Shown: positions 8,817 to 19,557, counted from the first letter of the stretch. The stretch: DNA of 64,000 nt from an uncultured Bacteroides sp. (GCA_964644355.1 CAZXUW010000003.1:50066-114065); one strand, 5' to 3'. Numbers and translations: made by a program. Notes: generated by a model not told the origin, from the sequence alone.

Positions 8817-10406
8817 TCACATACGCTTGGCAATGACCTTCAACGCACCGTAAGTTGCAAATACGTCACTCATTGCTCTATGGGCATTGGTGTGTGAAAT
8901 TCCAAACGCTTTGGATATAGTTTCAAGTTTGAAATTGTGAAGCTCCGTCAAATACTTTCTTGCAAGCAAGAGAGTGTCGCAAAGCTCGTTATCAAACATA
9001 TATCCCATACCTTCACCGATTCTTGAGATGATTGGAAAATCATAGCCGGAAATATTGTGTCCGCACAAAATGCAACCATGCGAGAACTTGTAGAAGTCCG
9101 GCAAAACAGCCTCAACTTGAGGAGCATCAAGCACCATGGCATTGGATATATGCGTGATTGATGAGATTTCGTCAGAGATCGGAGCAAGTGGTTTGACAAG
9201 AGTATTGAAAGTTTCAATCGGCACACCATCCACCACTTTGAGTGCGGAAAGCTCGATGATTTCCGCCGTTTCCGTACGCAAATCCGTTGTCTCCAAATCG
9301 AATATAACAAATGTTTTACCCTTGAAATACTCGTCGATAACTTCATCGGTTTTTCCGTCATCTAACAATGTTGTTTCAACTTCTTCAGTATATTTTTCAG
9401 GCTTGACCGTGAGGTATTTTTGCGGAACGGGTTTTGATTTTGTCGGGTGAATACTCTCATAATCTATGCCGGCTTCAAAAATCGCATTGACAGTAAACGA
9501 CCAGTGCCCGGAAAATTGCGACCAAGCAACCTTGCCCATACACACCACTTCCGTTTGATCTTTTAGATCCAAAATCTTTTGAGCAGACTCATCCGTACCA
9601 ACAAAACTTACACATTCCATTTTTGCAGTAGAATCGTCGATAAAGAATTTGACAAATGGCAAAAATTCTGCTTTTGACTTGGGATCATTGGGATCATACT
9701 GCTTGTTTTTGTACGTTTTCTTTTCTATTTGAGAGATTTTTCCGCATAACACGATATTTTCGCAAGCACTTTTGACATCCACAATGTAGTTTGGCATTTG
9801 AGAAATTCCATCCACTTTGCCACGAGAATAAACTTTTGAGCCCATATTGACCTGAACAAGCCTCAAAGAGCTATCAATATGGGTTGTGGTGTCTATATGT
9901 ATGTCATCCTCAAGTGTCTTTACGTCAACGATGTTCTCTTGAGTGACGACGTCTATGTAATGATTGAAGGAACAATCAAGGCAATCCTCAAGTTTTTGAA
10001 GCAAATCACCAGCCATAAGCATCTTGTATACAGGCGTGTCAAGCTTAAATTTGACGTCAATATCTTTGTCGCCAACGTCAATTTTGAGCGTATCTTCATT
10101 CAAACTATGGAAAATGAGCTGATTTGCACCATTGAAAAACTCCAAAATCTTGTTTCTCACAACGTTTGCATCCGCATAAGTGCGTATATATTGCACGCTT
10201 ACGCTAACACCTGAAAACATTTGCTCCAACACAGATTGAACCTCTTTTTTGCACTCCTCGTCAAAGGAATGAATTTCAAAAGCGGATATTATAAAACGCA
10301 CGACAAGCTCTCGTTTGTCCTTGTGGTAAGTTGCGGAATTAAGTTTGAGCATATCAAACTTCCCGTTTGTCTTCAATGTGAACTCATCAAAGAATTTTGT
10401 TTTCAT
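8817..10406 (-). CDS. PolC-position protein: long N-terminal region plus a C-terminal DEDDh 3'-5' exonuclease, with no PHP or polymerase domain
   Basis: 529 aa from ATG 10406 (GAGGAG RBS); the track start at 10427 is a TTG. The C-terminus carries ExoI FVIFDLETTDL, ExoII GHNISGYDFP and ExoIII HRAMSDV. The gene occupies the ispG/rimP slot that holds the roughly 1400-aa polC in Clostridia. Confidence 0.7.
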   Translation of the reverse strand: MKTKFFDEFTLKTNGKFDMLKLNSATYHKDKRELVVRFIISAFEIHSFDEECKKEVQSVLEQMFSGVSVSVQYIRTYADANVVRNKILEFFNGANQLIFHSLNEDTLKIDVGDKDIDVKFKLDTPVYKMLMAGDLLQKLEDCLDCSFNHYIDVVTQENIVDVKTLEDDIHIDTTTHIDSSLRLVQVNMGSKVYSRGKVDGISQMPNYIVDVKSACENIVLCGKISQIEKKTYKNKQYDPNDPKSKAEFLPFVKFFIDDSTAKMECVSFVGTDESAQKILDLKDQTEVVCMGKVAWSQFSGHWSFTVNAIFEAGIDYESIHPTKSKPVPQKYLTVKPEKYTEEVETTLLDDGKTDEVIDEYFKGKTFVIFDLETTDLRTETAEIIELSALKVVDGVPIETFNTLVKPLAPISDEISSITHISNAMVLDAPQVEAVLPDFYKFSHGCILCGHNISGYDFPIISRIGEGMGYMFDNELCDTLLLARKYLTELHNFKLETISKAFGISHTNAHRAMSDVFATYGALKVIAKRM

Positions 10407-10445
10407 AATCTCCTCAATGTTTCGCAAAAGTATTATAAATTTAGC

Positions 10446-11498
10446 TTATTTTGATAATACTTCTTGCAGAATTTTGTCAAATTCGGTCAAAAGATTTTTG
10501 CTTTCAACTGTTTTGTATATCTTACCGTCTTTGAGAATGACGCTTTTTTCTTTTCCGCCCGCAATGCCCAAATCACTGTTTTCGCCCTCGCCTATGCCGT
10601 TGAGCGGACAGCCGAGAATAGATATGGTCAGCGGTTTTTGTATATTTGCAGTCATCATCTCAACTCTGTTTGCAAGCCCTTCGACATCAATCTCCGTTCT
10701 TGCACAAGTTGGACAAGAGACAACTTCTACGCAGTTTTTTCTAAGCCCGAGAGTTTGCAAGATCTTTTTGCCTGCAAGCACTTCTTCACAAACGTCACCA
10801 GACAAAGACACCCTTATAGTGTCACCTATTCCCTCATCGAGCAACGTTCCTATGCCAATTGCAGATTTGATAAGACCTGTTCTAATCGTGCCTGCTTCAG
10901 TGACTCCTATATGCAAAGGATAATCGCACATGCCGGCAAGCATCTCGTTTGCTTTTATATTGAGTTGAGTGTTGGATGCTTTGATTGCAATCACGATATC
11001 TCTCATGCCTTGCGACTCAAACACGTTTGCGCACTCAAGTGCACTTTCGCAAAGAGCTCTCGCCTCGTCCATACCCTTGAATCTTTGAGCAAGCGAACCG
11101 CCGTTGACGCCCACTCTAACAGGAATATTCATGTCGATAAGACGTTGTGCAAGCGGTTTAATCTCTGAAAAAACCGTCATATTGCCGGGATTCATTCTTA
11201 TTTTCTTTGCTCCGTTGTCAAGTGCAAGATGAGCAAGTTTGTAGCTGTAATGAATATCGGCAATCAGTGGCAAGCCACACCTTTTTGAGATCTCGCCAAA
11301 CGCATATGCGGACTCCTCGTTGGGTACGGCAAGCCTAATGAGGTCACAACCAACACTTTTCAAAGCGGATATCTGCTCAAGACATCCCTCAACGTCCGTT
11401 GTCTTTGTATTGAGCATAGATTGTACACTAATGGGTGCTCCGCCACCTATTTTTATATCACCGACACTAACTTGTCGCGACTGTCTTCTTTCTTTCAT
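10446..11498 (-). CDS. ispG: 4-hydroxy-3-methylbut-2-enyl-diphosphate synthase
   Basis: 350-aa ORF with a TIM-barrel part and a C-terminal 4Fe-4S part (CPTCART..GCPLNGIGEG). Confidence 0.95.
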   Translation of the reverse strand: MKERRQSRQVSVGDIKIGGGAPISVQSMLNTKTTDVEGCLEQISALKSVGCDLIRLAVPNEESAYAFGEISKRCGLPLIADIHYSYKLAHLALDNGAKKIRMNPGNMTVFSEIKPLAQRLIDMNIPVRVGVNGGSLAQRFKGMDEARALCESALECANVFESQGMRDIVIAIKASNTQLNIKANEMLAGMCDYPLHIGVTEAGTIRTGLIKSAIGIGTLLDEGIGDTIRVSLSGDVCEEVLAGKKILQTLGLRKNCVEVVSCPTCARTEIDVEGLANRVEMMTANIQKPLTISILGCPLNGIGEGENSDLGIAGGKEKSVILKDGKIYKTVESKNLLTEFDKILQEVLSK

Positions 11499-11541
11499 CT
11501 TATCCCCTATATATTGTTTTTCGTTATTCTAAAGCGGTATT

Positions 11542-12861
11542 TTATCCATTGACAAGGTGGAAAATATCCAAAAATACCGCAAGCACCAACAATAGTACAA
11601 GTCCAACCGTGTGTATGATGCCTTCAATTTTTCTAGGTACAGGCTTTCTAAAAATCATCTCTATCAGCGTAAACAACATTCTGCTTCCGTCAAGTGCCGG
11701 GAATGGAAGCAAGTTCATAACGGCAAGGTTTGCAGATATGATTGCCACAACGTATAGAAAACTGTCAAATCCAAGTGCGGATACCTTTGCCATAACACCA
11801 ATCGTGGTGATTGTTCCGCCTGCCGTTTCAAGCCCGACTTTGCCTGTTATCAAAGCTCCAAGCGAAGCCAAAATCTTGAACGCGATAAAGAAGCTAAATC
11901 CCCAGGCTCTGCCGAATGCAAGGAAGAAAGGCAATTTTGCTCTCGTCAAATTTCTTGTGATGCCAAAGCCATAGGAATAGTATCCGTCAATATCGTCGGC
12001 ATTTATGCCTTTTTGCACGCTCATCGAGCTTCTTTCGCATATCTCCCCCTTGTCATTGTATCTAACAACGGTCAAATTCAACTGATCTGTTGTATCATAA
12101 TAGGTTGCGAGCAAATCGTACGGGATGGGTGTTTCAAGAGTTTCTCCGTTGACAGACTCTACAAAATCACCATCTTCAAAGGGTGAATAATAGAATTTGT
12201 CCGCATTGATCTTTACACGCTTTCCGTCACGTAGCACCCAAAAATATGCCGAATCGCCTATACCGGAAAATGCATTGTCCAAGTCCTCTTGAAGCATAAT
12301 ATTCACTTGCTTTCCGTTGATATTCAAAATCACGTCACCCGCTTGAAAAGGGTTTTGATATGACGATGTATACGGCGTATTATACGTGCCCACAACATTA
12401 GGCAAAATTTGTCCGTACGCCGTGAAATATATCGTGATAATGACGATTGCACTCAAAAAGTTCATAAAAGCACCGGCAAAAAGCACGATTAGACGCTTCC
12501 ATGCCTTTTGATTGTTGAAAGCATCGGGATCTTTTACAATATTGCCGGTTTCATCTTTGACTTGATTTCCGTTTTCATCAACGAGTGCACCGTCGGCATC
12601 TTCACCGTGGAACGCACAAAAACCGCCGACAGGAAACGGACGTATCGTGAACAAAACACCTGTCTTTTTGATGCGTTTTTTGAATATGGCAGGACCAAAT
12701 CCCAAGCCGAATTCGTCTATTTTGAAGCCCAGAAGTCTACCAGCCGTATAATGCCCTAGCTCGTGGATGACAATCATGCACATAAGAGCGAGCAAAGCCA
12801 CGATAACGTAGCCTATATACGTGAAAACTTCAGATGCTGTTGCCGATAAAAAAGTGTACAC
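11542..12861 (-). CDS. rseP: RIP site-2 metalloprotease RseP/YluC family
   Basis: 439-aa ORF with the HELGH motif in TM1, a central PDZ-like region and the NLLPFPALDG motif. Confidence 0.9.
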   Translation of the reverse strand: MYTFLSATASEVFTYIGYVIVALLALMCMIVIHELGHYTAGRLLGFKIDEFGLGFGPAIFKKRIKKTGVLFTIRPFPVGGFCAFHGEDADGALVDENGNQVKDETGNIVKDPDAFNNQKAWKRLIVLFAGAFMNFLSAIVIITIYFTAYGQILPNVVGTYNTPYTSSYQNPFQAGDVILNINGKQVNIMLQEDLDNAFSGIGDSAYFWVLRDGKRVKINADKFYYSPFEDGDFVESVNGETLETPIPYDLLATYYDTTDQLNLTVVRYNDKGEICERSSMSVQKGINADDIDGYYSYGFGITRNLTRAKLPFFLAFGRAWGFSFFIAFKILASLGALITGKVGLETAGGTITTIGVMAKVSALGFDSFLYVVAIISANLAVMNLLPFPALDGSRMLFTLIEMIFRKPVPRKIEGIIHTVGLVLLLVLAVFLDIFHLVNG

Positions 12862-14012
12862 TATTTGACTCCTATTATAGAATAAGTGTATTTTCTAGCT
12901 TGCTCGTCTATTCCAAGAATATCCTCAAGCTCAACGTCACCTACTTTCTTGAACTTTGCATATACCTTTGCAAGAGTTGTGGCAATGTCGTTGAATTTGA
13001 TTTTACCCTTCAAAAATTCTTCAACCAAAACTTCATCGGATGCGGATATAGCAATGCAAGCTCCCTCGCCTGCTTCAGCACTGTCTATTGCAATTTTGAG
13101 GCACGGGAATCTGTCATAATCAGGTGTGGAAAAGCTGAGCAAACCGTATTTTGCAAGGTCTAGACTTGCAACCGAATGTTGAGCATGCTCCGGATAATAA
13201 AGTGCAGTGTCAATGGAGAGTTTCATATCCGGCACGGAAAAAAGTCCTTTCATGGAACCGTCTGAAAACTCCACCAAAGAATGGACTACACTCTCTCTGT
13301 GCATAAGCACTTTGACGTCCTTTGCAGACATCTCGAAAAGTCGCATTGCCTCAATCACTTCAAGCCCTTTGTTGAAAAGCGTTGCTGAGTCGATTGTGAC
13401 CTTTTTGCCCATATTCCATACGGGGTGTTTGAGTGCATCCTCTGCTTTGACCTTTGAAAGTTGCCCGATGGGAATATCACGCAATGCACCACCGCTTGCT
13501 GTGAGAACAAGGCTCTTGACGTACTTTTTGTCCTCACCTTTAAGGCAAGAAAAGATTGCAGAATGTTCGGTGTCAAGAGGCAAAATCTTTCCGCCATACT
13601 TCTTTTCAAGAGCTTTTAAGTGCCTGCCTGCACACACGATAGTCTCCTTGTTGGCAATGGCAAGCGTACCGCCACGCTTGAGAACAGCAACCGCAGACCA
13701 TAATCCTGCAATTCCGGATACGGCTGAAACAACTATATCAGCAGGAATACTTGCCAATTCCTCAAGTGAGGAAAGACATTTGGATGACTTTTCATCCTCC
13801 AAAAAGTCGAAAAGCGAACTTTGAACCTCAACCGCTCCACTTGGGAAATAGTAATGTGTCGGATTGAATTGTTCAATTTGTTCTCTCAACAACGCCTCGT
13901 TGCTATAAGCAGAAAGTCCGACAACCTTGAAAGAGTCGGAATGAGCCAAAACGCATTCAAGCACCTGTCTGCCGACAGAGCCTGTACTGCCCAAAATCGT
14001 AATTGTTTTCAT
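12861..14012 (-). CDS. dxr: 1-deoxy-D-xylulose-5-phosphate reductoisomerase
   Basis: 383-aa ORF with the N-terminal NADPH motif ILGSTGSVG. Confidence 0.95.
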   Translation of the reverse strand: MKTITILGSTGSVGRQVLECVLAHSDSFKVVGLSAYSNEALLREQIEQFNPTHYYFPSGAVEVQSSLFDFLEDEKSSKCLSSLEELASIPADIVVSAVSGIAGLWSAVAVLKRGGTLAIANKETIVCAGRHLKALEKKYGGKILPLDTEHSAIFSCLKGEDKKYVKSLVLTASGGALRDIPIGQLSKVKAEDALKHPVWNMGKKVTIDSATLFNKGLEVIEAMRLFEMSAKDVKVLMHRESVVHSLVEFSDGSMKGLFSVPDMKLSIDTALYYPEHAQHSVASLDLAKYGLLSFSTPDYDRFPCLKIAIDSAEAGEGACIAISASDEVLVEEFLKGKIKFNDIATTLAKVYAKFKKVGDVELEDILGIDEQARKYTYSIIGVK

Positions 14013-14127
14013 TTTATCCTTAAGCCCTGCGTGCCACCGAGGCTGAGATTTGAAGTCTTTTGCAGGACTGTACGTACACTATAAAGTCAATATGTTAAAG
14101 CGATATGAAAATCGCACTGTGTTCCGC

Positions 14128-15120
14128 TTAATATCCGTAAATGCAGGTGAATGCGACAAGCAAAATAACCAAACAGTACATTATGCTGTCAATTCTGTCC
14201 ATAAATCCACCATGCCCCGGGAAAATTTTGCCGTAGTCTTTTATGCCGATTGCCCTCTTAATTCTGGATGCAGCAAGATCGCCAAGCTCACTTATAACAC
14301 CGCAAATCAAGCCGATTGCAAGATAGATGAGCGCACTCTTCCACTGCCATCCGTCAATCGAATGATCGATGAAAGACGTGTATCCGCAACTTTCAATAAA
14401 AGAGGGATATGAGGATGCACAGCACTCAAACAACACCCAAAAGAGTATTGCCATAACCATACCGCCGATAAGTCCGCCAACGCCACCGGCAATAGTTTTC
14501 TTTGGACTGATTTTTGGACAAAGTTTCTTTCCGCCAATCATCGAACCGAACCAATAGGCAAAAGCATCTCCGCCAAGAGTGGGTACGAATATCGCAAAAA
14601 GCACCGCAAACAAGGCGCTATATTTGTAGCTCACAATCCACGCCGTAGACAAGAAAAGCATGGGATATACCAATATAAAGACGTTTGCAAGCAAATCCTT
14701 AAGTGAGCAAGCACCGCTCTCGTCTGCCTCAAGCTCAACACCGTTTGCGTTTGCATCATCAATCTCTTTTTGAGAATGTTTTGCAGGCTTAAAGGTGAAT
14801 ATTGTCAGTGCGATCATCCCACTTGCCAAGAAGGACGTCAACAGCCCTTGCAAACCTGCACTTGTTTGAACGCTCCCCTCACCGATATAAAATTGCATGA
14901 GATAGAATGCCGGATAAGCTGTCAACAGCATGAAAATCGGCGGTGCGATAAACATCTTGTATCCTGCACTTTTGAAGCACTTGAACATTTCATAAACGGC
15001 ACCTGCCATAAAAAGCAGAATGAGCACGTCAATAAAAATGGGGCTGATAAAGTAGCAACCAAGCATAAAGCCGGCAACCACCACAAGCAATACTAATCCT
15101 GTAAGCGTTCTTTTTAGCAT
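14128..15120 (-). CDS. cdsA: phosphatidate cytidylyltransferase
   Basis: 330-aa polytopic membrane ORF with the signature SRIKRAIGIKDYGKIFPGHGGFMDRIDS. Confidence 0.85.
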   Translation of the reverse strand: MLKRTLTGLVLLVVVAGFMLGCYFISPIFIDVLILLFMAGAVYEMFKCFKSAGYKMFIAPPIFMLLTAYPAFYLMQFYIGEGSVQTSAGLQGLLTSFLASGMIALTIFTFKPAKHSQKEIDDANANGVELEADESGACSLKDLLANVFILVYPMLFLSTAWIVSYKYSALFAVLFAIFVPTLGGDAFAYWFGSMIGGKKLCPKISPKKTIAGGVGGLIGGMVMAILFWVLFECCASSYPSFIESCGYTSFIDHSIDGWQWKSALIYLAIGLICGVISELGDLAASRIKRAIGIKDYGKIFPGHGGFMDRIDSIMYCLVILLVAFTCIYGY

Positions 15121-15135
15121 AATATCCTCACGGAT

Positions 15136-15789
15136 TTATTTTCCGAATTTTCTAACTCTCAAGTCAAAGTCATCAAGAATTTTGTCAACATCACTCTCAT
15201 CCATATCCGGCCAAAGCTTGTCCAAAAACATGAGCTCTGCATATGCGGATTCATAGAGCATGAAGTTTGACAGTCGCATCTCACCACCCGTGCGAACAAC
15301 AAGGTCAAGACTTGGCAAATGAGATGATGAAAGATGACTTTCAAAAGTATCTTCCACAAATTCGCCGTGATTGTAGCAAACTTCGCAAGCGTGCAGAATG
15401 TCCGCTCTACCGCCATAATTGAAAGCGATATTCAGCCACAATCCGTCGTTGTCCTTTGTGCGTTGCTCAACAATCTCAATTGATCGGGCAAGTTTGTCGT
15501 CAAGTGCAGATATGTCACCCATATAAGAAATCTTGAAATTGCCGTCGTAATTCAAATTGAATTTACGTACAACTTCGGCAATCGCATCGATCTCTCCACT
15601 CGGTCGAGCCCAATTCTCGGTTGAAAATGCGTAAACGGAAACAGCTTCAACACCACGCTCGGCACACCTTTTTAGCACCTTGTGAAGTGCCAAAAGACCA
15701 TACGAATAGCCCTCGGAGCGTGACATGGAATGAGCAACAGCCCACCTGCCGTTTCCGTCCATTATAAAACCTATGTGTTTTGCTCCCAT
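15136..15789 (-). CDS. uppS: isoprenyl (undecaprenyl) diphosphate synthase
   Basis: 217-aa ORF with the motifs IMDGNGRWA and RTGGEMRLSNF. Confidence 0.95.
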   Translation of the reverse strand: MGAKHIGFIMDGNGRWAVAHSMSRSEGYSYGLLALHKVLKRCAERGVEAVSVYAFSTENWARPSGEIDAIAEVVRKFNLNYDGNFKISYMGDISALDDKLARSIEIVEQRTKDNDGLWLNIAFNYGGRADILHACEVCYNHGEFVEDTFESHLSSSHLPSLDLVVRTGGEMRLSNFMLYESAYAELMFLDKLWPDMDESDVDKILDDFDLRVRKFGK

Positions 15790-16364
15790 TAGATAGCGAG
15801 AATCTCCTGCTCTTTTTCCTTGAAAAGTTTGTCAACTTCATCGGTGTTCTTTGCAAGATTCTTGTCGATATCGGCTGTGAGATTCTTGAGGTCGTCCTCT
15901 GTGATTGTGGATGCCTTTTGAAGCTTCTTGAGATCGTCAATAGCATCTCTGCGTGCGTTACGCATGACAATCTTTGCCTCCTCAACAAGAGTTTTTGCCT
16001 CTTTGACCGTTGCACGTCTGCGTTCCTCTGTCAATTCCGGGAAAACAAGGCGGATAACGTGACCGTCATTGTTTGGATTGATGCCGACGTTTGCAGCCAA
16101 AATTGCTCTTTCAATGTTCTTGAGCTGTGACTTGTCCCAAGGTGAAATCACAAGCAAACGTGCTTCGGGAATAGAAACGTTTGCCATATTGTTGATTGGA
16201 GTCGGTGTTCCGTAATAGTCAACAACAACTTTGTCAAGAATGTGCGGATTTGCTCTGCCTGCACGAATAGAACGCAACTCGTTGATATAATTCTGCATAG
16301 TTTTGTCAATCTTCTCATTCATTTCTTCAAACACGAGATCGACTTCATCAATACCGTAAGACAT
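15789..16364 (-). CDS. frr: ribosome recycling factor
   Basis: 191-aa ORF in the conserved pyrH-frr-uppS order. Confidence 0.97.
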   Translation of the reverse strand: MSYGIDEVDLVFEEMNEKIDKTMQNYINELRSIRAGRANPHILDKVVVDYYGTPTPINNMANVSIPEARLLVISPWDKSQLKNIERAILAANVGINPNNDGHVIRLVFPELTEERRRATVKEAKTLVEEAKIVMRNARRDAIDDLKKLQKASTITEDDLKNLTADIDKNLAKNTDEVDKLFKEKEQEILAI

Positions 16365-16396
16365 AATTTGTCCTCCATACTTTGAAATATAGTAAT

Positions 16397-16425
16397 ATTA
16401 TATCAAAACTTTATGTATAAAGCAA
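16397..16425 (-). promoter_or_regulatory. sigma-A-type promoter for frr
   Basis: On the minus strand: TTGCTT (16425-16420), a 17-nt spacer, then TATAAT (16402-16397). It lies about 33 nt upstream of the frr ATG, which has a GGAGG RBS. Confidence 0.55.
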
Positions 16426-16577
16426 GAGTAAAATATTTGAGATAAAAACTTTTAGATAATAGATTGAACAAATAATGATTTTAATATTTGAGAAGACATT
16501 TATGGATTAGCATATTTTAGAAAAAATAAAAGTTTAGTGCAAATCACAAGTAGAGATTTTTTGAAGAAATGGAATGA

Positions 16578-16619
16578 TAAAAAAATAAGAAAGAGTAATC
16601 TGCACAACACAAAGATTAC
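16578..16619 (-). terminator. intrinsic-terminator-like hairpin in the pyrH-frr spacer
   Basis: On the minus strand: GTAATCT-N11-AGATTAC followed by TCTTTCTTATTTTTTT. Confidence 0.45.
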
Positions 16620-16661
16620 AACTTCTTAATGCAATATGCCAACAAGATTAAGTTATGAGAA

Positions 16662-16721
16662 AGAGCCTTGCATTTGACAATATTAATGTACAAAGTACAT
16701 TAGTTGCAAATACAAGGCTCT
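16662..16721 (-). terminator. long imperfect hairpin just downstream of the pyrH stop
   Basis: AGAGCCTTG..TAATGTAC-AAA-GTACATTA..CAAGGCTCT, a stem of about 25 bp with bulges. The U-tract on the minus strand is weak (TTCTC). Confidence 0.45.
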
Positions 16722-16743
16722 GGCATTGTTTTGTTCAACAGAG

Positions 16744-17472
<729 letters not shown>

Positions 17473-17518
17473 TTAAGTGATTTTTCGTGCTTCTAACGCA
17501 TTCGATTGCAATTTTTGC

Positions 17519-17547
17519 AGAAAAAAAGGAATGACAAGCATTCCTTT
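17519..17547 (-). terminator. intrinsic terminator after tsf
   Basis: On the minus strand: AAAGGAATG-CTTGT-CATTCCTTT followed by TTTTCTG. Confidence 0.7.
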
Positions 17548-17555
17548 TTGTTTTG

Positions 17556-18428
17556 TTATTTGTTCAAGCCTGCTTGAGCCATAACCTCGCCAACGAAGTC
17601 ATCTTCTCTCTTTTGCAAACCTTCGCCCATTGCGTAACGTGTGAAGCGGATGATTGCCACGTCACCGTTTTGCTTGAGGTATTGAGCAATTGTCAAATCC
17701 GGATTCTTGACGAACACTTGTTCTGTGAGGCAAATGTCTTTGTAGAACTTGTTGATTCTGCCAATGAGCATCTTTTCGATGATAGCTTCCGGCTTGTTGC
17801 TGTCCTCGTTCATAGCTTGTGCTTTGAGAACGTCTCTTTCGTGATCAACTTCTGCTTGAGGAACTTGATCTCTTGTGACGTATTGTGCGTTTGCAGCTGC
17901 GATTTGGAGAGCTACGTCGTGAACAACTTCAAGGTTTGCACCGCTTGTTGCCTCGACCATAACGCCGATCTTACCGCCCATGTGGATGTATGTGTCAACC
18001 ACTGTATCATTGGACTCGTACACTGTGAAACGACGGATGGAGAGCTTCTCGCCCATCTTCATAACGTACTCGTTTGTGACAGGTTGCATTGCACTGATAA
18101 CGTCTGCAACTGAAGCGGAGGTGTTGTCGAGGATATAATCTGCAACGTGGCCAACGTACTCTTTGAAGATCGGACCGCCTGCGACAAAGTCAGATTCGCA
18201 GTTGACTTCCAAAAGAACGGATTTGCCATTCTTGCTTGCGGCATAAACGATACCTTCTGCAGCGATACGAGCTTCCTTCTTTGCAGCGGTAGCCATACCT
18301 TTTTCTCTCAAAAAGTCGATAGCAGCTTCCATATCGCCGTCTGTTGCGACAAGTGCCTTTTTGCAGTCCATCATACCAACGCCTGTGCGTTGACGAAGTT
18401 CCATAACATCTTTGCTTGTGAATGCCAT
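17556..18428 (-). CDS. tsf: elongation factor Ts
   Basis: MAFTSKDVMELRQRTGVGMMDCKKAL (UBA-like N-terminus). The start is ATG 18428 with an AGGAGAAT RBS. The track start at 18473 is an upstream in-frame extension. Confidence 0.97.
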   Translation of the reverse strand: MAFTSKDVMELRQRTGVGMMDCKKALVATDGDMEAAIDFLREKGMATAAKKEARIAAEGIVYAASKNGKSVLLEVNCESDFVAGGPIFKEYVGHVADYILDNTSASVADVISAMQPVTNEYVMKMGEKLSIRRFTVYESNDTVVDTYIHMGGKIGVMVEATSGANLEVVHDVALQIAAANAQYVTRDQVPQAEVDHERDVLKAQAMNEDSNKPEAIIEKMLIGRINKFYKDICLTEQVFVKNPDLTIAQYLKQNGDVAIIRFTRYAMGEGLQKREDDFVGEVMAQAGLNK

Positions 18429-18492
18429 ATATATTCTCCTAATTATTTTTGAAAACACACGCAGATGTTGCACTGCGTGCGTGATGTGTCAA

Positions 18493-19320
18493 TTATTCTT
18501 GTGCTTCTTTTTCTGCAATTGCTTTCTCGAGAGCTTCTTCAGGTGTGAGAGCTTTTTCCTCTACAACAGGAGCTTCTTCAACAACGGGTGCTTCTTCAGC
18601 AACAGGAGCTTCTTCCTTCACTTGCGGAGTGAAGCTTTCGCCTTGCTTTGCTTCGATAACAGCGTCAGCCATGATTGATGCAAAGAGTTGAATTGCACGG
18701 ATTGCGTCATCGTTGCCCGGGATAACGTAGTCAACAAGGTCAGGATCGCAGTTTGTATCAACAACAGCGACGATCGGGATGTTGAGCTTGCGAGCTTCTT
18801 TGACAGCATTCTCTTCTTTCTTGAGGTCAACCACGAACAAGCAACCCGGAAGAGTACGCATGTTCTTGATACCGCCGAGGTTCTTCTCAAGGTCATCACG
18901 CTCTTTCTTGAGTGCGGAAACTTCTTTCTTGGGGAGAAGTTCAAACTCACCGATGAGCTCCATTTGGTTGATCTTGTTCAAACGATCGATTCTTGTGCGG
19001 ATGGTCTTGAAGTTGGTGAGTGTGCCACCGAGCCATCTTTGATTGATGTAGAACATATCGCAACGCTCTGCTTCTTGTTTGATAGCATCTTGAGCTTGCT
19101 TCTTTGTGCCTACAAAGAGAACGGACTTGCCATCTTCCACAACGCTCTTTACAAATTGATATGCAGCTTCAACGTGATCGACAGAGATTTGAAGATCGAT
19201 GATGTGAATATCATTTCTTGTTGCATAGATGTACTTGCCCATCTTAGGATTCCAGCGTTTTGTCTGGTGTCCGAAGTGTACGCCTGCTTCGAGCAAGGCT
19301 TTCATTGTTGTTACGGCCAT
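18493..19320 (-). CDS. rpsB: 30S ribosomal protein S2
   Basis: 275-aa ORF with a conserved S2 core and an acidic C-terminal extension containing (EEAPV[AV])x3, encoded by an 18-nt tandem repeat at 18556-18615. Confidence 0.97.
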   Translation of the reverse strand: MAVTTMKALLEAGVHFGHQTKRWNPKMGKYIYATRNDIHIIDLQISVDHVEAAYQFVKSVVEDGKSVLFVGTKKQAQDAIKQEAERCDMFYINQRWLGGTLTNFKTIRTRIDRLNKINQMELIGEFELLPKKEVSALKKERDDLEKNLGGIKNMRTLPGCLFVVDLKKEENAVKEARKLNIPIVAVVDTNCDPDLVDYVIPGNDDAIRAIQLFASIMADAVIEAKQGESFTPQVKEEAPVAEEAPVVEEAPVVEEKALTPEEALEKAIAEKEAQE

Positions 19321-19420
19321 TTTATGGTCCTCCTTAAATTGTTTTTACCTCTCACAGCTTCGTCACGCAAACCTCCTTACGGAACAGAAAACGCTCCACT
19401 GCGATGCAGGATCGTGAAAG

Positions 19421-19449
19421 ATTATATTATATATAAAAATATTTTGCAA
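19421..19449 (-). promoter_or_regulatory. sigma-A-type promoter for rpsB-tsf
   Basis: On the minus strand: TTGCAA (19449-19444), a 17-nt spacer, then TATAAT (19426-19421). This leaves a leader of about 95 nt before the rpsB ATG. Confidence 0.6.
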
Positions 19450-19529
19450 ACGAATTGCGACGGTTTTTGCAAGTTTTTTCTCAAAAAATCAAATTTTTAC
19501 CTTCAAAAATCACAAAACTTTCGCGTTTA

Positions 19530-19557
19530 TGAAAAAAGCGTGCCCAAAAGCACGCTT
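19530..19557 (-). terminator. intrinsic terminator after the DUF1292 gene
   Basis: On the minus strand: AAGCGTGC-TTTTGG-GCACGCTT followed by TTTTCAT. Confidence 0.7.

Noticed and set aside
18556-18615. An 18-nt tandem repeat (3 copies) near the rpsB 3' end
   Set aside because: It is in frame and encodes (EEAPV[AV])x3 within the acidic C-terminal extension of S2. This is coding low complexity, not an independent repeat element.
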